Positions 49,360-59,241 of a DNA stretch of 64,000 nt are shown piece after piece (position 1 is the first letter of the stretch; every line of letters starts with the position of its first letter). The position numbers were made by a program, and so were the translations under genes. Location: the NCBI GenBank assembly GCA_965226375.1, contig CBDDCX010000008.1:768001-832000 (forward strand), given 5' to 3'. A model generated the notes under the pieces. It did no database searches, had not been told where the DNA came from, and saw only the letters and a list, made by a program, of their open reading frames with translations. This DNA is from Longimicrobiales bacterium. Lineage in GTDB: Bacteria > Gemmatimonadota > Gemmatimonadetes > Longimicrobiales > Gaopeijiaceae.

Positions 49360-49413
49360 TGGACCCTCGGCGCTCCTAACGCGACCCGCTGTACTTCTTC
49401 AACAGCCTTCTAG
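49360..49413. mobile_element. Right-end fragment of a family A element
   Basis: TGGACCCTCGGCGCTCCTAACGCGACCCGCTGTA...CAGCCTTCTAG matches 21427-21480. Confidence 0.85.
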
Positions 49414-49421
49414 AGGTCTGA

Positions 49422-50780
49422 GTGTTCAAGAAGGTCCTGATCGCCAATCGCGGGGAGATCGCTCTCCGCATCATCCGGGCGTGTCACGAGCTCGGCATCA
49501 AGACCGTTGCGGTATACTCCGAAGCGGACCGCGAGTCCCTGCACGTGCGCTTTGCGGACGAGGATGTGTGTATCGGACCCCCACTGGCGGCGCAGAGCTA
49601 CCTGAACGTCCCGCAGATCATCTCGGCCGCGGAGATCACCGGGGCCGAGGCGATCCACCCGGGATACGGATTCCTGGCGGAGAACGCCGAGTTCAGCGAG
49701 ATCTGCGAGCGTTCCGACATCGTCTTCATCGGCCCCACCCCGGACCAGATCCGGTCCATGGGGGACAAGGCTACAGCCCGGCGTACCATGAAAGAGTTGG
49801 GCGTGCCGACCGTTCCCGGGTCGGACGGCGTGGTGTCCGATCCCGAAGAGGCCGCGCGGATCGCCGATGAGATCGGCTATCCCGTCATGGTCAAGGCTTC
49901 AGCCGGCGGCGGTGGAAAGGGCATGCGCGTGGTACCGGATGCGGAGAGCTTCCAGAGTCTGCTCCAGGCCGCCAAGACGGAAGCCAAGGCGTCTTTCGGT
50001 GACGACGACGTCTACCTGGAGAAGTGCATCGTCGCGCCCCGGCACGTCGAGTTCCAGATTTTCGGGGATCGGCAGGGCCGGGTCGTCCATCTCGGCGAGC
50101 GCGACTGCTCGATCCAGCGCAGGCATCAGAAGCTCATCGAAGAGGCGCCCTCACCCGCCCTCACGCCCGAGATGCGTGAACGGATGGGCGAGGACGCCGT
50201 GTTGGCGGGCAAGGGCATCGACTATGTGGGGGCCGGAACGGTAGAGTTCCTGCTGGACTCCGACGGATCCTACTACTTTATCGAGATGAACACCCGGATC
50301 CAGGTGGAGCATCCCGTTACCGAGGTGACCACCGGGCTGGACCTTGTAAAGGAGCAGATCCGTGTGGCGGCGGGCGAGCCGCTCTCCTTTCCCGATGAGG
50401 TCGTCCAGTTGCGTGGGCACGCTATCGAGTTCCGGGTAAACGCTGAGGATGCAGAGCGGAACTTCGCGCCTTCGCCCGGGCCGATCGTCACTTTCCACCC
50501 CCCTGGGGGGCCCGGTGTGAGGCTCGACACCCACATCTACAGCGGATACCACGTACCGCCCTACTACGACTCTCTCTTGGCCAAGCTCATCGTCCACGGC
50601 AACAGCCGCGAGGAGGCCATCGTCCGGGCGCGGCACGTGCTCGAGTCCTTCGTCATCGAGGGGATCACGACGACGATCCCGTTTCTGTCCGAGATCACCC
50701 GCGATGAGCGATTCGTCCGTGGCGACGTGGACACCGGCTACGTGGACCGATTCCTCAGCGAGCGGGCGGGCCAGGGATGA
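49422..50780 (+). CDS. accC: Acetyl-CoA carboxylase biotin carboxylase
   Basis: [49 protein letters not shown]. Confidence 0.98.
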   Translation: MFKKVLIANRGEIALRIIRACHELGIKTVAVYSEADRESLHVRFADEDVCIGPPLAAQSYLNVPQIISAAEITGAEAIHPGYGFLAENAEFSEICERSDIVFIGPTPDQIRSMGDKATARRTMKELGVPTVPGSDGVVSDPEEAARIADEIGYPVMVKASAGGGGKGMRVVPDAESFQSLLQAAKTEAKASFGDDDVYLEKCIVAPRHVEFQIFGDRQGRVVHLGERDCSIQRRHQKLIEEAPSPALTPEMRERMGEDAVLAGKGIDYVGAGTVEFLLDSDGSYYFIEMNTRIQVEHPVTEVTTGLDLVKEQIRVAAGEPLSFPDEVVQLRGHAIEFRVNAEDAERNFAPSPGPIVTFHPPGGPGVRLDTHIYSGYHVPPYYDSLLAKLIVHGNSREEAIVRARHVLESFVIEGITTTIPFLSEITRDERFVRGDVDTGYVDRFLSERAGQG

Positions 50781-51526
50781 AGATCCGCGTGTTCTTCCAA
50801 GCCGGGGAGCCCGCGGCGCTCGACATGGTAGGCCAGACCGTGGTGGTCATCGACGTGCTGCGAGCTACGAGCACCATCGTGGAGGCCCTGGTGAACGGGG
50901 CTCGCGGTGTATACCCGGCTTCGTCCACCGAGGAGGCCATCAAGCTGGCGTCTTCCTTGGGGCGGGAGGACACGCTCCTGTGCGGTGAGTCCAAGAGCCT
51001 GATGATCGACGGGTTCGATCTGGGGAACTCTCCGCGTGAATTCGTCGCCGAGCGCGTGGCGGACAAGAGAGTGGTCATGAGCACCACCAACGGGACCGGA
51101 GCGTTCTTGATGGCCGAGGACGCCGATCGTGTGGTGGCTTGTTGCTTTCTCAACCTCGGTGCGGTTGTCGACGCGGTAGCCGGGGTAGAGAAGCTGATGG
51201 TGCTGTGCGCCGGTAGAGAGGGCAGGTTCTCCGCGGAGGACGCGGTCTGTGCCGGTACTCTTCTCGATCGGTTGAGAACGCGTCGAGACGGAGAGATCGA
51301 ACTCAACGATGCCGGGCACGCCGCTGTGGAGTTGGCCAACACATTCCGCGTCGGTGCCGACTTCCTGGCCATGACCGACGGGGGTAAACATCTCGTCGAC
51401 ATCGGGTTCCACGACGATCTGAAGCACTGCGCTCAGTTGGACTGTTACGCCATCGTGCCCGAGATGGAAGATCGCGTGATCCACGTGCCTTCCCTGAGTC
51501 CGAGAGGCTCGGAGGCGAGCCACTGA
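50777..51526 (+). CDS. comB: 2-phosphosulfolactate phosphatase (ComB family)
   Basis: [32 protein letters not shown]. Confidence 0.88.
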   Translation: MKIRVFFQAGEPAALDMVGQTVVVIDVLRATSTIVEALVNGARGVYPASSTEEAIKLASSLGREDTLLCGESKSLMIDGFDLGNSPREFVAERVADKRVVMSTTNGTGAFLMAEDADRVVACCFLNLGAVVDAVAGVEKLMVLCAGREGRFSAEDAVCAGTLLDRLRTRRDGEIELNDAGHAAVELANTFRVGADFLAMTDGGKHLVDIGFHDDLKHCAQLDCYAIVPEMEDRVIHVPSLSPRGSEASH

Positions 51527-53922
51527 TGCTGTCGCGGGAGCAACAGCGGGACATGATGGCGGCGGGCCTTCTGGCACTGGCGCTCTTTTTTGTGGCGGCT
51601 CTGATGCCCCTGGCGGCTCTCGGTACGCGGTTGGCTGCGTGGTTCCCTTCGGGCAACATGATGGGTCTGGTTGGGGGCACCACCCAGAGGGGCCTTGCCG
51701 GCCTCTTCGGCGGCTCGGCGTTCTTCATACCGATCCTCCTCCTGGTCTCGGGTCTGAGGGCGGGCGATTGGCTCTCGCGGGGGTGGAGCGTGCGTCTGGC
51801 GGTGCTGTCCTCCGGCCTCATGCTGATCCTGCCGGTCGGGTTCCAGGTCTTGGGCCAGGGGCCGGAGATAGTCGGTGCCTGGGGCGGCTTTGCCGGACCA
51901 CCCCTCTCTACGGCGTTGGGGTTGCTAGGGGCCGTGCTCTTCCTGTCACTCCTCCTGGTGGTGCTGTCGGTGGGCACGCTGGGATGGAATCCGCTGCGTT
52001 CGCTCGCCTACGGGATGGCACAGGGGAGCGGTATCATGGCGCGGGGCGCAGCCCGACTGGTGTCGTGGGGCGAGGGCTTCAAGTCCCGGTTGGAAGCGCG
52101 CGCTCGTGAACGGCTCGATCAGACCCCGCCCATGGAGCTCCTCGAGGGGGAGGAGACCAGCGACGACGACTCGGACGACGATTCCGAGGGCGGGGACGCC
52201 GCCGAAGAGGAAGAGGACCCGGAGGAGGGTCTCCCCGAGGATGGAGAGGACCTCCCGGAAGGGGTCGATTCCGGCCTCGCGGAGTCAGAGTCGGAGGAGG
52301 ATCCGGTGTCGGAGCCGGGGGACGAGCCGCCTGATGCGCTCGAAGAGATGTTGCCCGATCCTCTTCCGAAGGAAGATCTCAGCGTAACGGGACTCCCTCC
52401 CGTGGAGTTCATGACTACGGTGGAGGACGAGGATCGGGGAGACAAGGAGCGCGAGCTGGATGCGCTGGGAGAGGTCTTGGTCGAGAAGCTCCGTACGTTC
52501 AACGTGGAGTGCGAGCTCGGCGGCCGCACCACGGGTCCGGTGGTCACGCAGTACGAGGTGATCCCGGCTCCGGGAGTGAAGGTCAACAAGATCGCCAATC
52601 TCGACGCGGACCTCGCGTTGGCGATGAAGGCGAAGAGTATCCGCATCGTCGCTCCCATTCCCGGCAAGGGCGCCGTAGGGGTCGAGATCCCCAACCCTAA
52701 GCCCGAAGTGGTCCGTCTTCGCGATATCCTGGACTCCAGCGCCTATCAGAACAGCAATGCCGAGTTACCGCTCGCTCTGGGCAAGGATCTGAACGGCAAG
52801 CCCTACGTGGCGGATCTGCGCAAGATGCCGCACGTCCTCATCGCGGGTGCCACGGGATCGGGAAAGTCGATCTGCATCAACACCATCATCACCAGCCTGG
52901 TCTACCGGCACACGCCGGAGACGCTACGGCTGCTCATGGTGGACCCCAAGATGGTTGAGCTCTCCACCTACAAGATGCTCCCGCATCTTCGCCACAGTGT
53001 GGTCACCGACCCCCGGGACGCGGCGGGGCTCCTCAAGTGGGCCGTCCTGGAGATGGAGCGCCGATACACTCTCCTGAGCACGAACGGGGTGCGTTCGATC
53101 GACGAGTTCAACGAGCGAGTCCGAGACGGCGTCATCCTTCGACGCTTCGAGCCCAAGGGGGCAGAAGACGATCCGGACCGCTGGGTCTACCAGGAGGGAG
53201 TCCTGCCCTACGTGGTCGTGGTGGTCGACGAGTTGGCGGACCTGATGATGACCGTCCAGAGTGAAGTGGAGAAGCCGCTCACGACCCTGGCCCAGAAGGC
53301 CCGGGCCATCGGCATCCACCTGATCGTGGCGACCCAGCGGCCCAGCGTGAACGTCATCACCGGACTGATCAAGGCGAACTTCCCGTCACGCATCGCCTTC
53401 CGTGTGTCCTCGAAGACGGACTCACGCACCATCCTGGACCAGAATGGTGCGGACGCTCTGCTGGGCAACGGCGACATGCTCTTCCTGCCGCCGGGGAGCA
53501 GCGAACCCGTGCGCATCCAGGGTGCCTATATCTCTACGCCTGAGACCGATCGCATGATGGGCTGGTACAAGGAACAGGTGGAGACTCGTGAGCAGGCCTT
53601 CGATGAAGCGGATGCGGATGACGAGTTGGACATTCTCGAACAGATCCGGAGCCATGAACAGGAGGAAGTGGGTGGTGGAGGGGAAAGCCCGTCGGATTGG
53701 GACGAGCTGTTCCGGGCGGCCGCTGAAGTGTGCATTCAACACGAGCAGGGCTCCACGTCGCTGCTCCAGCGCCGTTTGAAGATCGGATATGGTCGAGCCG
53801 CGAGGATCGTAGACCAGCTCCACGACGCCGGGATTCTGGGCCCGTCCGAGGGCTCGAAGGCGAGGGAGGTCCTGGTGGGTCTCGACGCGCTCGACCTGAT
53901 CTGCTCGAGCGAAGGGATTTGA
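51526..53922 (+). CDS. ftsK: DNA translocase FtsK
   Basis: 4TM N-terminus, GATGSGKS, DPKMVEL, DELADLMM, ATQRPSV, gamma domain LQRRLKIGYGRAAR. Confidence 0.97.
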   Translation: MLSREQQRDMMAAGLLALALFFVAALMPLAALGTRLAAWFPSGNMMGLVGGTTQRGLAGLFGGSAFFIPILLLVSGLRAGDWLSRGWSVRLAVLSSGLMLILPVGFQVLGQGPEIVGAWGGFAGPPLSTALGLLGAVLFLSLLLVVLSVGTLGWNPLRSLAYGMAQGSGIMARGAARLVSWGEGFKSRLEARARERLDQTPPMELLEGEETSDDDSDDDSEGGDAAEEEEDPEEGLPEDGEDLPEGVDSGLAESESEEDPVSEPGDEPPDALEEMLPDPLPKEDLSVTGLPPVEFMTTVEDEDRGDKERELDALGEVLVEKLRTFNVECELGGRTTGPVVTQYEVIPAPGVKVNKIANLDADLALAMKAKSIRIVAPIPGKGAVGVEIPNPKPEVVRLRDILDSSAYQNSNAELPLALGKDLNGKPYVADLRKMPHVLIAGATGSGKSICINTIITSLVYRHTPETLRLLMVDPKMVELSTYKMLPHLRHSVVTDPRDAAGLLKWAVLEMERRYTLLSTNGVRSIDEFNERVRDGVILRRFEPKGAEDDPDRWVYQEGVLPYVVVVVDELADLMMTVQSEVEKPLTTLAQKARAIGIHLIVATQRPSVNVITGLIKANFPSRIAFRVSSKTDSRTILDQNGADALLGNGDMLFLPPGSSEPVRIQGAYISTPETDRMMGWYKEQVETREQAFDEADADDELDILEQIRSHEQEEVGGGGESPSDWDELFRAAAEVCIQHEQGSTSLLQRRLKIGYGRAARIVDQLHDAGILGPSEGSKAREVLVGLDALDLICSSEGI

Positions 53923-53963
53923 GCACAGGAACGGCTCCGATACCGGTCGGGTATGGAGGGCTC

Positions 53964-54638
53964 ATGATGGAGCCCCGAATCCTTGTTCCCGCCCTGGTCA
54001 TGGTAGCGGCCGTCGGAGCCCTGGCTCCGGCCGGCCTTTCTGCCCAGGATGAGCGCGCGTACGAGGTGCTGGAGGCCGCGTCGGAGCGTTACTGGGGGCT
54101 CGAGACGCTCTGTGCCCGCTTCCACCAGGAGATCGAGGTCACGCTGCTCGGGCAGACCCGGTCGGGCGAGGGCACACTGTGCCAGCGCCAGCCCGCCGAG
54201 TTCTCCATGAGGTTCAGCGATCCGGAGGGAGATCTGGTAGTGGTGGATGGCGAGTTCCTATGGACTTTCTATCCGAGTATGGACACCAGGCAGGTCATGC
54301 GTTTCGCGGCTGCGGACGCCGAGGGTCGCTTCAACTTCTACAAGAACCTTCTCGAGGATCCGAGGGGCCGCTTCGACGCCACCTACCAGGGTGTCGAGGA
54401 CGTTGCCGAGCGGCCGTCTCACAAGCTCACACTCACGCCCAGAGATGCCGCCGAGGCATTCCGGTCGGCGGTCGTCTGGATCGATGTCGAGAGCGTCTTG
54501 ATCACCGGCGTGGATGTGCATGACGCCAACGAGTCGGTCCGTCGCGTGCGCCTCACGGACATCCAGGTGGACATCGACGTGCCGGACAGCGAGTTCCGTT
54601 TCGTCCCGCCGCCGGACGCCCGCGTGATGAGTCGATGA
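53964..54638 (+). CDS. lolA: Outer membrane lipoprotein carrier LolA
   Basis: Signal peptide, ARFHQ, VVDGEFLWTFYP, FRFVPP; follows ftsK. Confidence 0.85.
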   Translation: MMEPRILVPALVMVAAVGALAPAGLSAQDERAYEVLEAASERYWGLETLCARFHQEIEVTLLGQTRSGEGTLCQRQPAEFSMRFSDPEGDLVVVDGEFLWTFYPSMDTRQVMRFAAADAEGRFNFYKNLLEDPRGRFDATYQGVEDVAERPSHKLTLTPRDAAEAFRSAVVWIDVESVLITGVDVHDANESVRRVRLTDIQVDIDVPDSEFRFVPPPDARVMSR

Positions 54639-56113
54639 AGACCAGGGATCTACCGGTCTTCCCCCTCTCGCCGGATCCGATCCGGTCCGACGTGGCGCCG
54701 GATGTACAGGCGGTTCGTCTGGACATCGATCCGGTGGGGCCCTCGGACGGACCGCGCATCGGACTGGTGACCCTGGGCTGTGACAAGAACACGGTCGACT
54801 CCGAGAAGATGATGGCGGCGCTCGTGGGACACGGTGCCCGGGTCTCCTCTGACGTGGAGGGCTCGGACGTCGTGGTGGTGAACACCTGTGGATTCATCGC
54901 GGCGGCCAAGGAGCAGTCCATCGAGACGATCCTGGAGGCGTGCCAGCTCAAGGAGGAGGGCAGGGTGCAGGCGGTGGTGGCCGTGGGATGTATGGTTCAG
55001 CGCTACAAGGAAGAGCTTCAAGCCGAGATACCCGAGGTGGATCTCTTCCTCGGTCTCACCGAGATGGCTTCTCTGGTTCCCGAACTCAGAGATCGGGGCC
55101 TCCTTCTCGAGGAGCCCGAAAACATTCCCAACATGGAACGTCCGCTCAGGATCCTGTCGACCGAGACGCCCCACACGTCGTTTCTCAAGATCAGCGAGGG
55201 GTGCGACCACACCTGCGCGTTCTGTGCCATCCCGAGCTTTCGCGGACTTCACCGTTCCGCTCCGCTGGAGGACTTGGTCGCCGAAGCTCAGGCCCTGAGT
55301 CGCCAGGGTGTGAAGGAGATCAACATCATCTCGCAGGACACCACGTGGTACGGACGTGACCTGTGGCGGAAGGACCGATCGGCTCCGCTTCTGCCGGGGC
55401 TACTGCGCGCGCTGGTCCGGGACACCGACGTACCCTGGTATCGCCTGTTCTACATGTATCCGTCCGGCATCACGACGGAGCTCGTGGAACTCATGGCCAC
55501 CGAAAGGGCGATCCTCCCGTATCTGGACATGCCGCTCCAACACGGCAGTGATCGTATGCTCGAGGCCATGAGGAGGCCGGAACGCCAGAGCGTGATTCGG
55601 GAGCGTGTGGCTTGGCTGCGGGACGCCATACCCGACCTGACGCTCCGCACCACGGTCATCGTCGGATTCCCCGGGGAGACCGACGACGACTTTCGGGACA
55701 TGCTGGATCTGCTGGAGGAGGTGCGCTTCGATCGGGTAGGGGCGTTCACGTACTCCGTAGAGGACGGTACGCCCGCTGCCGAGATGCCCGATCAGGTGCC
55801 CGAGTCGCTCATGAGAGAGAGGCTCGAGGAGGTGATGGATCTTCAGCGCATGATCTCGGGGGAACGGAATGCCGAGCTCGTCGGCCACCGGGTCCAGGCT
55901 CTGATCGACGACATCGTGTCCGATCCGGGCCCGCTGGGCGAGGCCGCGGAGGGTCGCCCCGTGGGAGTCGCCCGCACGGTGGGGCAGGCCGTGGACGTGG
56001 ACGGCGTCACGCACCTGTACCCGGACCCGGGACTGACTCCGGGCGAATTCGTTACCGTCGAGATTGTCGACGCCCTGGAGTACGACCTCATCGGTCGCGT
56101 AGTGGCGTCGTGA
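54635..56113 (+). CDS. rimO: Ribosomal protein S12 methylthiotransferase RimO
   Basis: LGCDKNTVDSE, NTCGFI, KISEGCDHTCAFCAIP, DMPLQH, IVGFPGET. Confidence 0.95.
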   Translation: MKTRDLPVFPLSPDPIRSDVAPDVQAVRLDIDPVGPSDGPRIGLVTLGCDKNTVDSEKMMAALVGHGARVSSDVEGSDVVVVNTCGFIAAAKEQSIETILEACQLKEEGRVQAVVAVGCMVQRYKEELQAEIPEVDLFLGLTEMASLVPELRDRGLLLEEPENIPNMERPLRILSTETPHTSFLKISEGCDHTCAFCAIPSFRGLHRSAPLEDLVAEAQALSRQGVKEINIISQDTTWYGRDLWRKDRSAPLLPGLLRALVRDTDVPWYRLFYMYPSGITTELVELMATERAILPYLDMPLQHGSDRMLEAMRRPERQSVIRERVAWLRDAIPDLTLRTTVIVGFPGETDDDFRDMLDLLEEVRFDRVGAFTYSVEDGTPAAEMPDQVPESLMRERLEEVMDLQRMISGERNAELVGHRVQALIDDIVSDPGPLGEAAEGRPVGVARTVGQAVDVDGVTHLYPDPGLTPGEFVTVEIVDALEYDLIGRVVAS

Positions 56114-57393
56114 CCGGTGATGCCGACACGCTCTGGCGTCGCGCTCAGGAGTCGATTCCCGGGGGGGTGAACTCTCCTGTCCGGTCCTTCCGCTCGGTGG
56201 GCAGCACCCCATTCTTCGTGGAGCGGGGTGAGGGGCCCTATCTGTACGACACCGAGGGGAACCGCTATACCGACTATGTCCTGAGCTGGGGGCCGCTCAT
56301 TCTGGGACATGCCCATCCCGTGGTCCTGGAGGCGCTGGCCGGCCAACTGCATCGCGGTACCTCGTACGGGGCACCCACGGCCGCCGAAGTCGAGTTGGCC
56401 GAGCGCATCGTGCGTGTGGTGCCCGGGATCGAAATGGTGCGCCTGGTGAACAGCGGCACGGAGGCCACCATGAGCGCCCTGCGCCTGGCCCGGGCAGCTA
56501 CCGGGCGGGATGTATGCCTCAAGTTCTCAGGATGTTATCACGGCCATGCCGACGCATTTCTGGTGGCGGCGGGGAGTGGCGTGGCGACGCTCGGCCTTCC
56601 CGACTCGCCCGGAGTCCCCGAGGCGGTTGCGGCCCAGACGGCGGTGCTGCCCTTCAATGACTTGTCCGCGGTGGAGGAGCTTTTCGACGCCCGGGGCGAG
56701 GAGATCTCGAGTGTGTTCGTCGAACCTGTGGTCGGGAACTCGGGCCTGATCCCTCCGGTGGACGGATTCCTGGAAGGGCTGCGCTCCATCACCGAGCGGC
56801 ACGGTGCCCTTCTCGTCTTCGACGAGGTCATGACCGGCTTCCGGGTCGCCATGGGTGGAGCGCAGGAGCGTTACGATGTCCTGCCGGACCTGACCACGCT
56901 CGGAAAGGTCATCGGGGGTGGGTTACCGGTAGGCGCCTTCGGCGGCCGCCGCGACCTCATGGAGCAGGTGGCGCCGTCGGGACCGGTCTACCAGGCGGGC
57001 ACGCTGTCCGGTAATCCTTTGGCCACGGCGGCGGGTGACGCCCAGCTCGAGTACCTGGAGACCCACAACCCGTTCCCGTACCTGGAAGAGGCGGCGACCC
57101 GCCTGGCTCAGGGCTTCGTTACGGCCCTGGCAGAGGCCGGAATACCGGCCACGGGATGCTCCATAGGGTCCATGTGGGGCATCTTCTTCCGGGATGAGCC
57201 GGTGCAGTCCTTCGAGGACGCTCAGGGTGCGGATACCGGCAAGTTCCAGCTCTTTCACAGGGCGTGCCTCGATCGGGGTGTGTTTCTTGCTCCATCACCG
57301 TTCGAGGCCGGTTTCGTATCCACCGCCCATACGCCTTATGTCATCGACGAGACCCTCGAGGCGGTTCGGGAGGCGGCGTTGCAGGTCGGCTGA
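56110..57393 (+). CDS. hemL: Glutamate-1-semialdehyde 2,1-aminomutase
   Basis: PGGVNSPVR, SWGPLILGH, NSGTEATM, DEVMTGFR, GKVIGGGLP, YQAGTLSGNP. Confidence 0.97.
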   Translation: MTGDADTLWRRAQESIPGGVNSPVRSFRSVGSTPFFVERGEGPYLYDTEGNRYTDYVLSWGPLILGHAHPVVLEALAGQLHRGTSYGAPTAAEVELAERIVRVVPGIEMVRLVNSGTEATMSALRLARAATGRDVCLKFSGCYHGHADAFLVAAGSGVATLGLPDSPGVPEAVAAQTAVLPFNDLSAVEELFDARGEEISSVFVEPVVGNSGLIPPVDGFLEGLRSITERHGALLVFDEVMTGFRVAMGGAQERYDVLPDLTTLGKVIGGGLPVGAFGGRRDLMEQVAPSGPVYQAGTLSGNPLATAAGDAQLEYLETHNPFPYLEEAATRLAQGFVTALAEAGIPATGCSIGSMWGIFFRDEPVQSFEDAQGADTGKFQLFHRACLDRGVFLAPSPFEAGFVSTAHTPYVIDETLEAVREAALQVG

Positions 57394-57452
57394 TCGAGAG
57401 GGACGTACACACGCTTCAAGCGCAAACGTAACGACACGGAGGTGAGGTCCGG

Positions 57453-58127
57453 ATGAGGACTGCAACGATGTGGAAGTCGGCGTTGGCAGCAGTGGTGATC
57501 CTCGCGCCCACGGGCACACGCGGTCAGGAGTTGGCGGACTACGATTATGCGAACCTCTCCTTCAGGGGGGTCCTGTTCGAGGGCGGGTACATCTTCGCGG
57601 ACAACGTGGAGAACACGGAGATCTTCGCGCTCCGGTTCGGCCTCGGATTTCTCGGACCCGGCTTTCGGCTCGTCCCTGGCGTGGCCCGCTGGACCTCTTC
57701 GATGGCCCAGGATGAGGTCGAGGACTTCGAGGCCCGTTTGGGGGCCCTCAGCCTGGCCCAGGGTGGCACGCTTCCACCGGGCGGATTCGATCTCGGTGTC
57801 ATAAGCCGCGACGACGTCATCTTCACCCTGGATGGACACTACATGTGGTCCGTGCCCTTGGACCTCTTTCTCTGGACCGGCGTGGGCATGTCGGCCCACT
57901 TTCTGAACGGATCCGGTCCGGCGGTGGACGGCACCTTCGTGGAAGACCTGCTGGACTCCGTGTCTGCCGGGTTCAACGTGCACGGAGGCTTGGAGTATCC
58001 GTTCACCTCGCGCGTCCGGGCTTATGGGGGGGGCAAGCTGGAACTCCTGGGCGACCTGCGTTACGTAGAGTTGCGGTTCGGCCTGAGCTACATCTGGGGA
58101 GAGTTGGTCTCGGGGGAGGGACGCTGA
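57453..58127 (+). CDS. Putative outer-membrane beta-barrel protein
   Basis: Signal peptide; alternating amphipathic strands (GFNVHGGLEY, ELRFGLSYIW). Confidence 0.6.
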   Translation: MRTATMWKSALAAVVILAPTGTRGQELADYDYANLSFRGVLFEGGYIFADNVENTEIFALRFGLGFLGPGFRLVPGVARWTSSMAQDEVEDFEARLGALSLAQGGTLPPGGFDLGVISRDDVIFTLDGHYMWSVPLDLFLWTGVGMSAHFLNGSGPAVDGTFVEDLLDSVSAGFNVHGGLEYPFTSRVRAYGGGKLELLGDLRYVELRFGLSYIWGELVSGEGR

Positions 58128-59152
58128 TGTCCGCGACGGACCGCGATCCGTTACGGGTCGGAGTCCTGGGTGTGGGTGCGATCAGCCAGATCGTCCACCT
58201 GCCCATCCTCTCGGAGCGCGAAGACGCACAGGTCGTCGCCGTGGCCGACGCGGACATCCCCAAGGCCGAGACACTCGCCAGTCGCTTCGGGGTCCCCAAG
58301 GTTCTCTCCGATCAGGAGTTGGTACGCGACGAGGACATTCAGGCGGCCGTGATCTGCACGCCTAATCACCTCCACGAGAGCCTGGCCATCACGGCCCTCG
58401 AGGCGGGAAAGCACGTGCTGGTAGAGCGGCCTCTGGCGCTCAGCCCGGAGGGTGTGCAGCGGGTCCTGGACGCGGCGGCCGCTGCGGGACGCTGCCTCAC
58501 CGTAGGCATGAATCACCGGTTTCGCCCCGATGCCGGGGCGCTGGCGTCCTTCGTGGCCGGTGGTGAGCTCGGGAAGATCTACACGGTGCGGGCGAGCTCG
58601 CTGACCCGAAAGAATCCCTCCGTGCGCTCGACCTGGCGCCAGAGTGGGGAGCAAGGGGGCGGGGCCCTGATGGATCTGGGCGTCCAGATCCTCGATCTCG
58701 CCTTTTGGCTGGTAGGATATCCACACATCAACCGCGTCTCGGCCGTGCTCCAGCGCGACGGCGATTCCGTGGAGGATGCGGCCAGCCTCTTCGCGGTGGC
58801 CGATTCGGGCACCGTCTTCAATGTCGAAGTGAGCTGGAGCCTGTTCGCCGATGCCGATCGCCACTACGCCCGGGTCATGGGCACGGACGGGTCGGGCTCG
58901 TTCCCCCCGTTGGAGATCCAGAAGCAGTTGGGCGGCCGGCCCATGGACGTGACGCCACGTCAGCCCAAACCTCGCGGCGGTGAGAACCCGTTCACGAACG
59001 CCTATCGACGACTCCTGGATCAGTTCGTCCGGGCGGCGGCGGGCGAGTGTGACGTTCCGCCTCCGACCGAACAGGTTCACCTGATGGAGGTCATGCAGGC
59101 AGCGTACCGGTCTGCGGAGTTGGGCCGGGAGGTAGGGATTGGAGAGGGCTGA
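58127..59152 (+). CDS. Gfo/Idh/MocA-family oxidoreductase
   Basis: GVLGVGAIS, CTPNHLH, GKHVLVERP, GGGALMDLG. Confidence 0.9.
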   Translation: MSATDRDPLRVGVLGVGAISQIVHLPILSEREDAQVVAVADADIPKAETLASRFGVPKVLSDQELVRDEDIQAAVICTPNHLHESLAITALEAGKHVLVERPLALSPEGVQRVLDAAAAAGRCLTVGMNHRFRPDAGALASFVAGGELGKIYTVRASSLTRKNPSVRSTWRQSGEQGGGALMDLGVQILDLAFWLVGYPHINRVSAVLQRDGDSVEDAASLFAVADSGTVFNVEVSWSLFADADRHYARVMGTDGSGSFPPLEIQKQLGGRPMDVTPRQPKPRGGENPFTNAYRRLLDQFVRAAAGECDVPPPTEQVHLMEVMQAAYRSAELGREVGIGEG

Positions 59153-59241
59153 GAGTCGGTTTACGCGGTCATCGATGAGCACGCCGTATGTCGTATGGTC
59201 GATCGATGAGCAGATCGTATGACGGCCTGGGCGATCCTGGA

